DNA of 11,398 bases from Candidatus Geohabitans tengchongensis. GTDB lineage: Bacteria; Sysuimicrobiota; Sysuimicrobiia; Sysuimicrobiales; Humicultoraceae. Numbering within the stretch: position 1 is the stretch's first letter; every line of letters begins with the position of its first letter. The stretch is from positions 1-11,398 of the forward strand of contig JAVKIH010000032.1 in the NCBI GenBank assembly GCA_031459625.1. Direction: 5' to 3'. The notes beneath the pieces were generated by a model, which saw nothing but the letters and a program-made list of their open reading frames with translations, did not search any database and had not been told where the DNA came from. Of the stretch, positions 10,713 to 11,398 are shown in pieces. The position numbers and the translations under genes are program-made.

Positions 10713-11398
10713 ATGGCAAGGACGTGGCAGTGGACAGTGGCCGCCGCGCTGGCGGTGACGGTGGTGCTGCTGCTGGCCGGCGGCGTGCTGGCGGCCGACC
10801 CGGCGGGAACGGCCACGATCAAGCGGGACCCGCAGGCGGCGGTGAACTTCACCTGGACGCTGGTGGCCGCCTTCCTGGTCTTCTTCATGCAGGCGGGCTT
10901 CGCGCTGCTCGGCGCCGGCCTCATCCGGTCCAAGAACACGGTGAACTACCTGACGAAGAGCTACATGGACTTTTGCATGGCTGCGCTCTCCTTCTGGGCC
11001 TTCGGCTTCGCCCTCATGTTCGGCGGCTCCAAGCTGGCCCCCGGCCTCGACCTGGGGAACCGCCTGGTCGGCCTCTCCGGGTTCTTCCTCACCGGACAGG
11101 GGTACGACGTGACGACGGCGATGCTGTGGTTCTTCCAGATGGTCTTCGCCGCCACGGCGGCCACCATCGTGGCCGGGGCCGTGGCCGAGCGGATGCGCAT
11201 CACCGCCTACCTGGCGTACAGCTTCCTGATCGGTGCGCTGATCTACCCGGTCTACGGCCACTGGGTCTGGAGCGGCGGGTGGCTGGCTGCGCTGCCGTGG
11301 GGGGCCGGGGCGAAGGACTTCGCCGGCTCCGGGGTCGTGCACGCCGTGGGCGGGCTGGTGGCGCTGGCCGGCGCGGCCATGGTGGGCCCGCGCACCGG
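10713..11398 (+). CDS. amtB: Ammonium transporter (Amt family), partial at window edge
   Basis: SD GGAGGGGG then ATG 10713. Signal-peptide-like N-terminus, LVFFMQAGFALL.AG.IRSKN, FFQMVFAATAATIVAGAVAER, YPVYGHWVWSGGWL, DFAGSGVVHAVGG, GPR. Absent from the ORF track because it runs off the window. Confidence 0.96.
   Translation, partial: MARTWQWTVAAALAVTVVLLLAGGVLAADPAGTATIKRDPQAAVNFTWTLVAAFLVFFMQAGFALLGAGLIRSKNTVNYLTKSYMDFCMAALSFWAFGFALMFGGSKLAPGLDLGNRLVGLSGFFLTGQGYDVTTAMLWFFQMVFAATAATIVAGAVAERMRITAYLAYSFLIGALIYPVYGHWVWSGGWLAALPWGAGAKDFAGSGVVHAVGGLVALAGAAMVGPRT

Overview
Very GC-rich bacterial window, mostly amino-acid and nitrogen housekeeping with a decayed accessory patch at the left edge. 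Left edge: the 3' end and right inverted repeat of a probable IS3-family element (1-106), abutting an integron integrase (intI) pseudogene (107-~735, minus strand) that is 5'-truncated, frameshifted and cut off just after the IntI HHLH motif. Next is a minus-strand serine-synthesis operon: class V PLP aminotransferase (SerC-like role), serA, and a histidine-phosphatase that looks like a metal-independent phosphoserine phosphatase (PspA type), followed by a strong intrinsic terminator. Divergently on the plus strand are hom, a glutamate synthase large subunit (gltB, no gltD adjacent) and the 5' part of amtB behind a sigma-54 -24/-12 promoter. I see no clearly new multi-gene system. The most interesting leads are the IS-disrupted integron remnant, two highly structured candidate cis-regulatory leaders (before the ser operon and before gltB), and a possible 17-codon coupling ORF within similar junction sequences in the ser operon.
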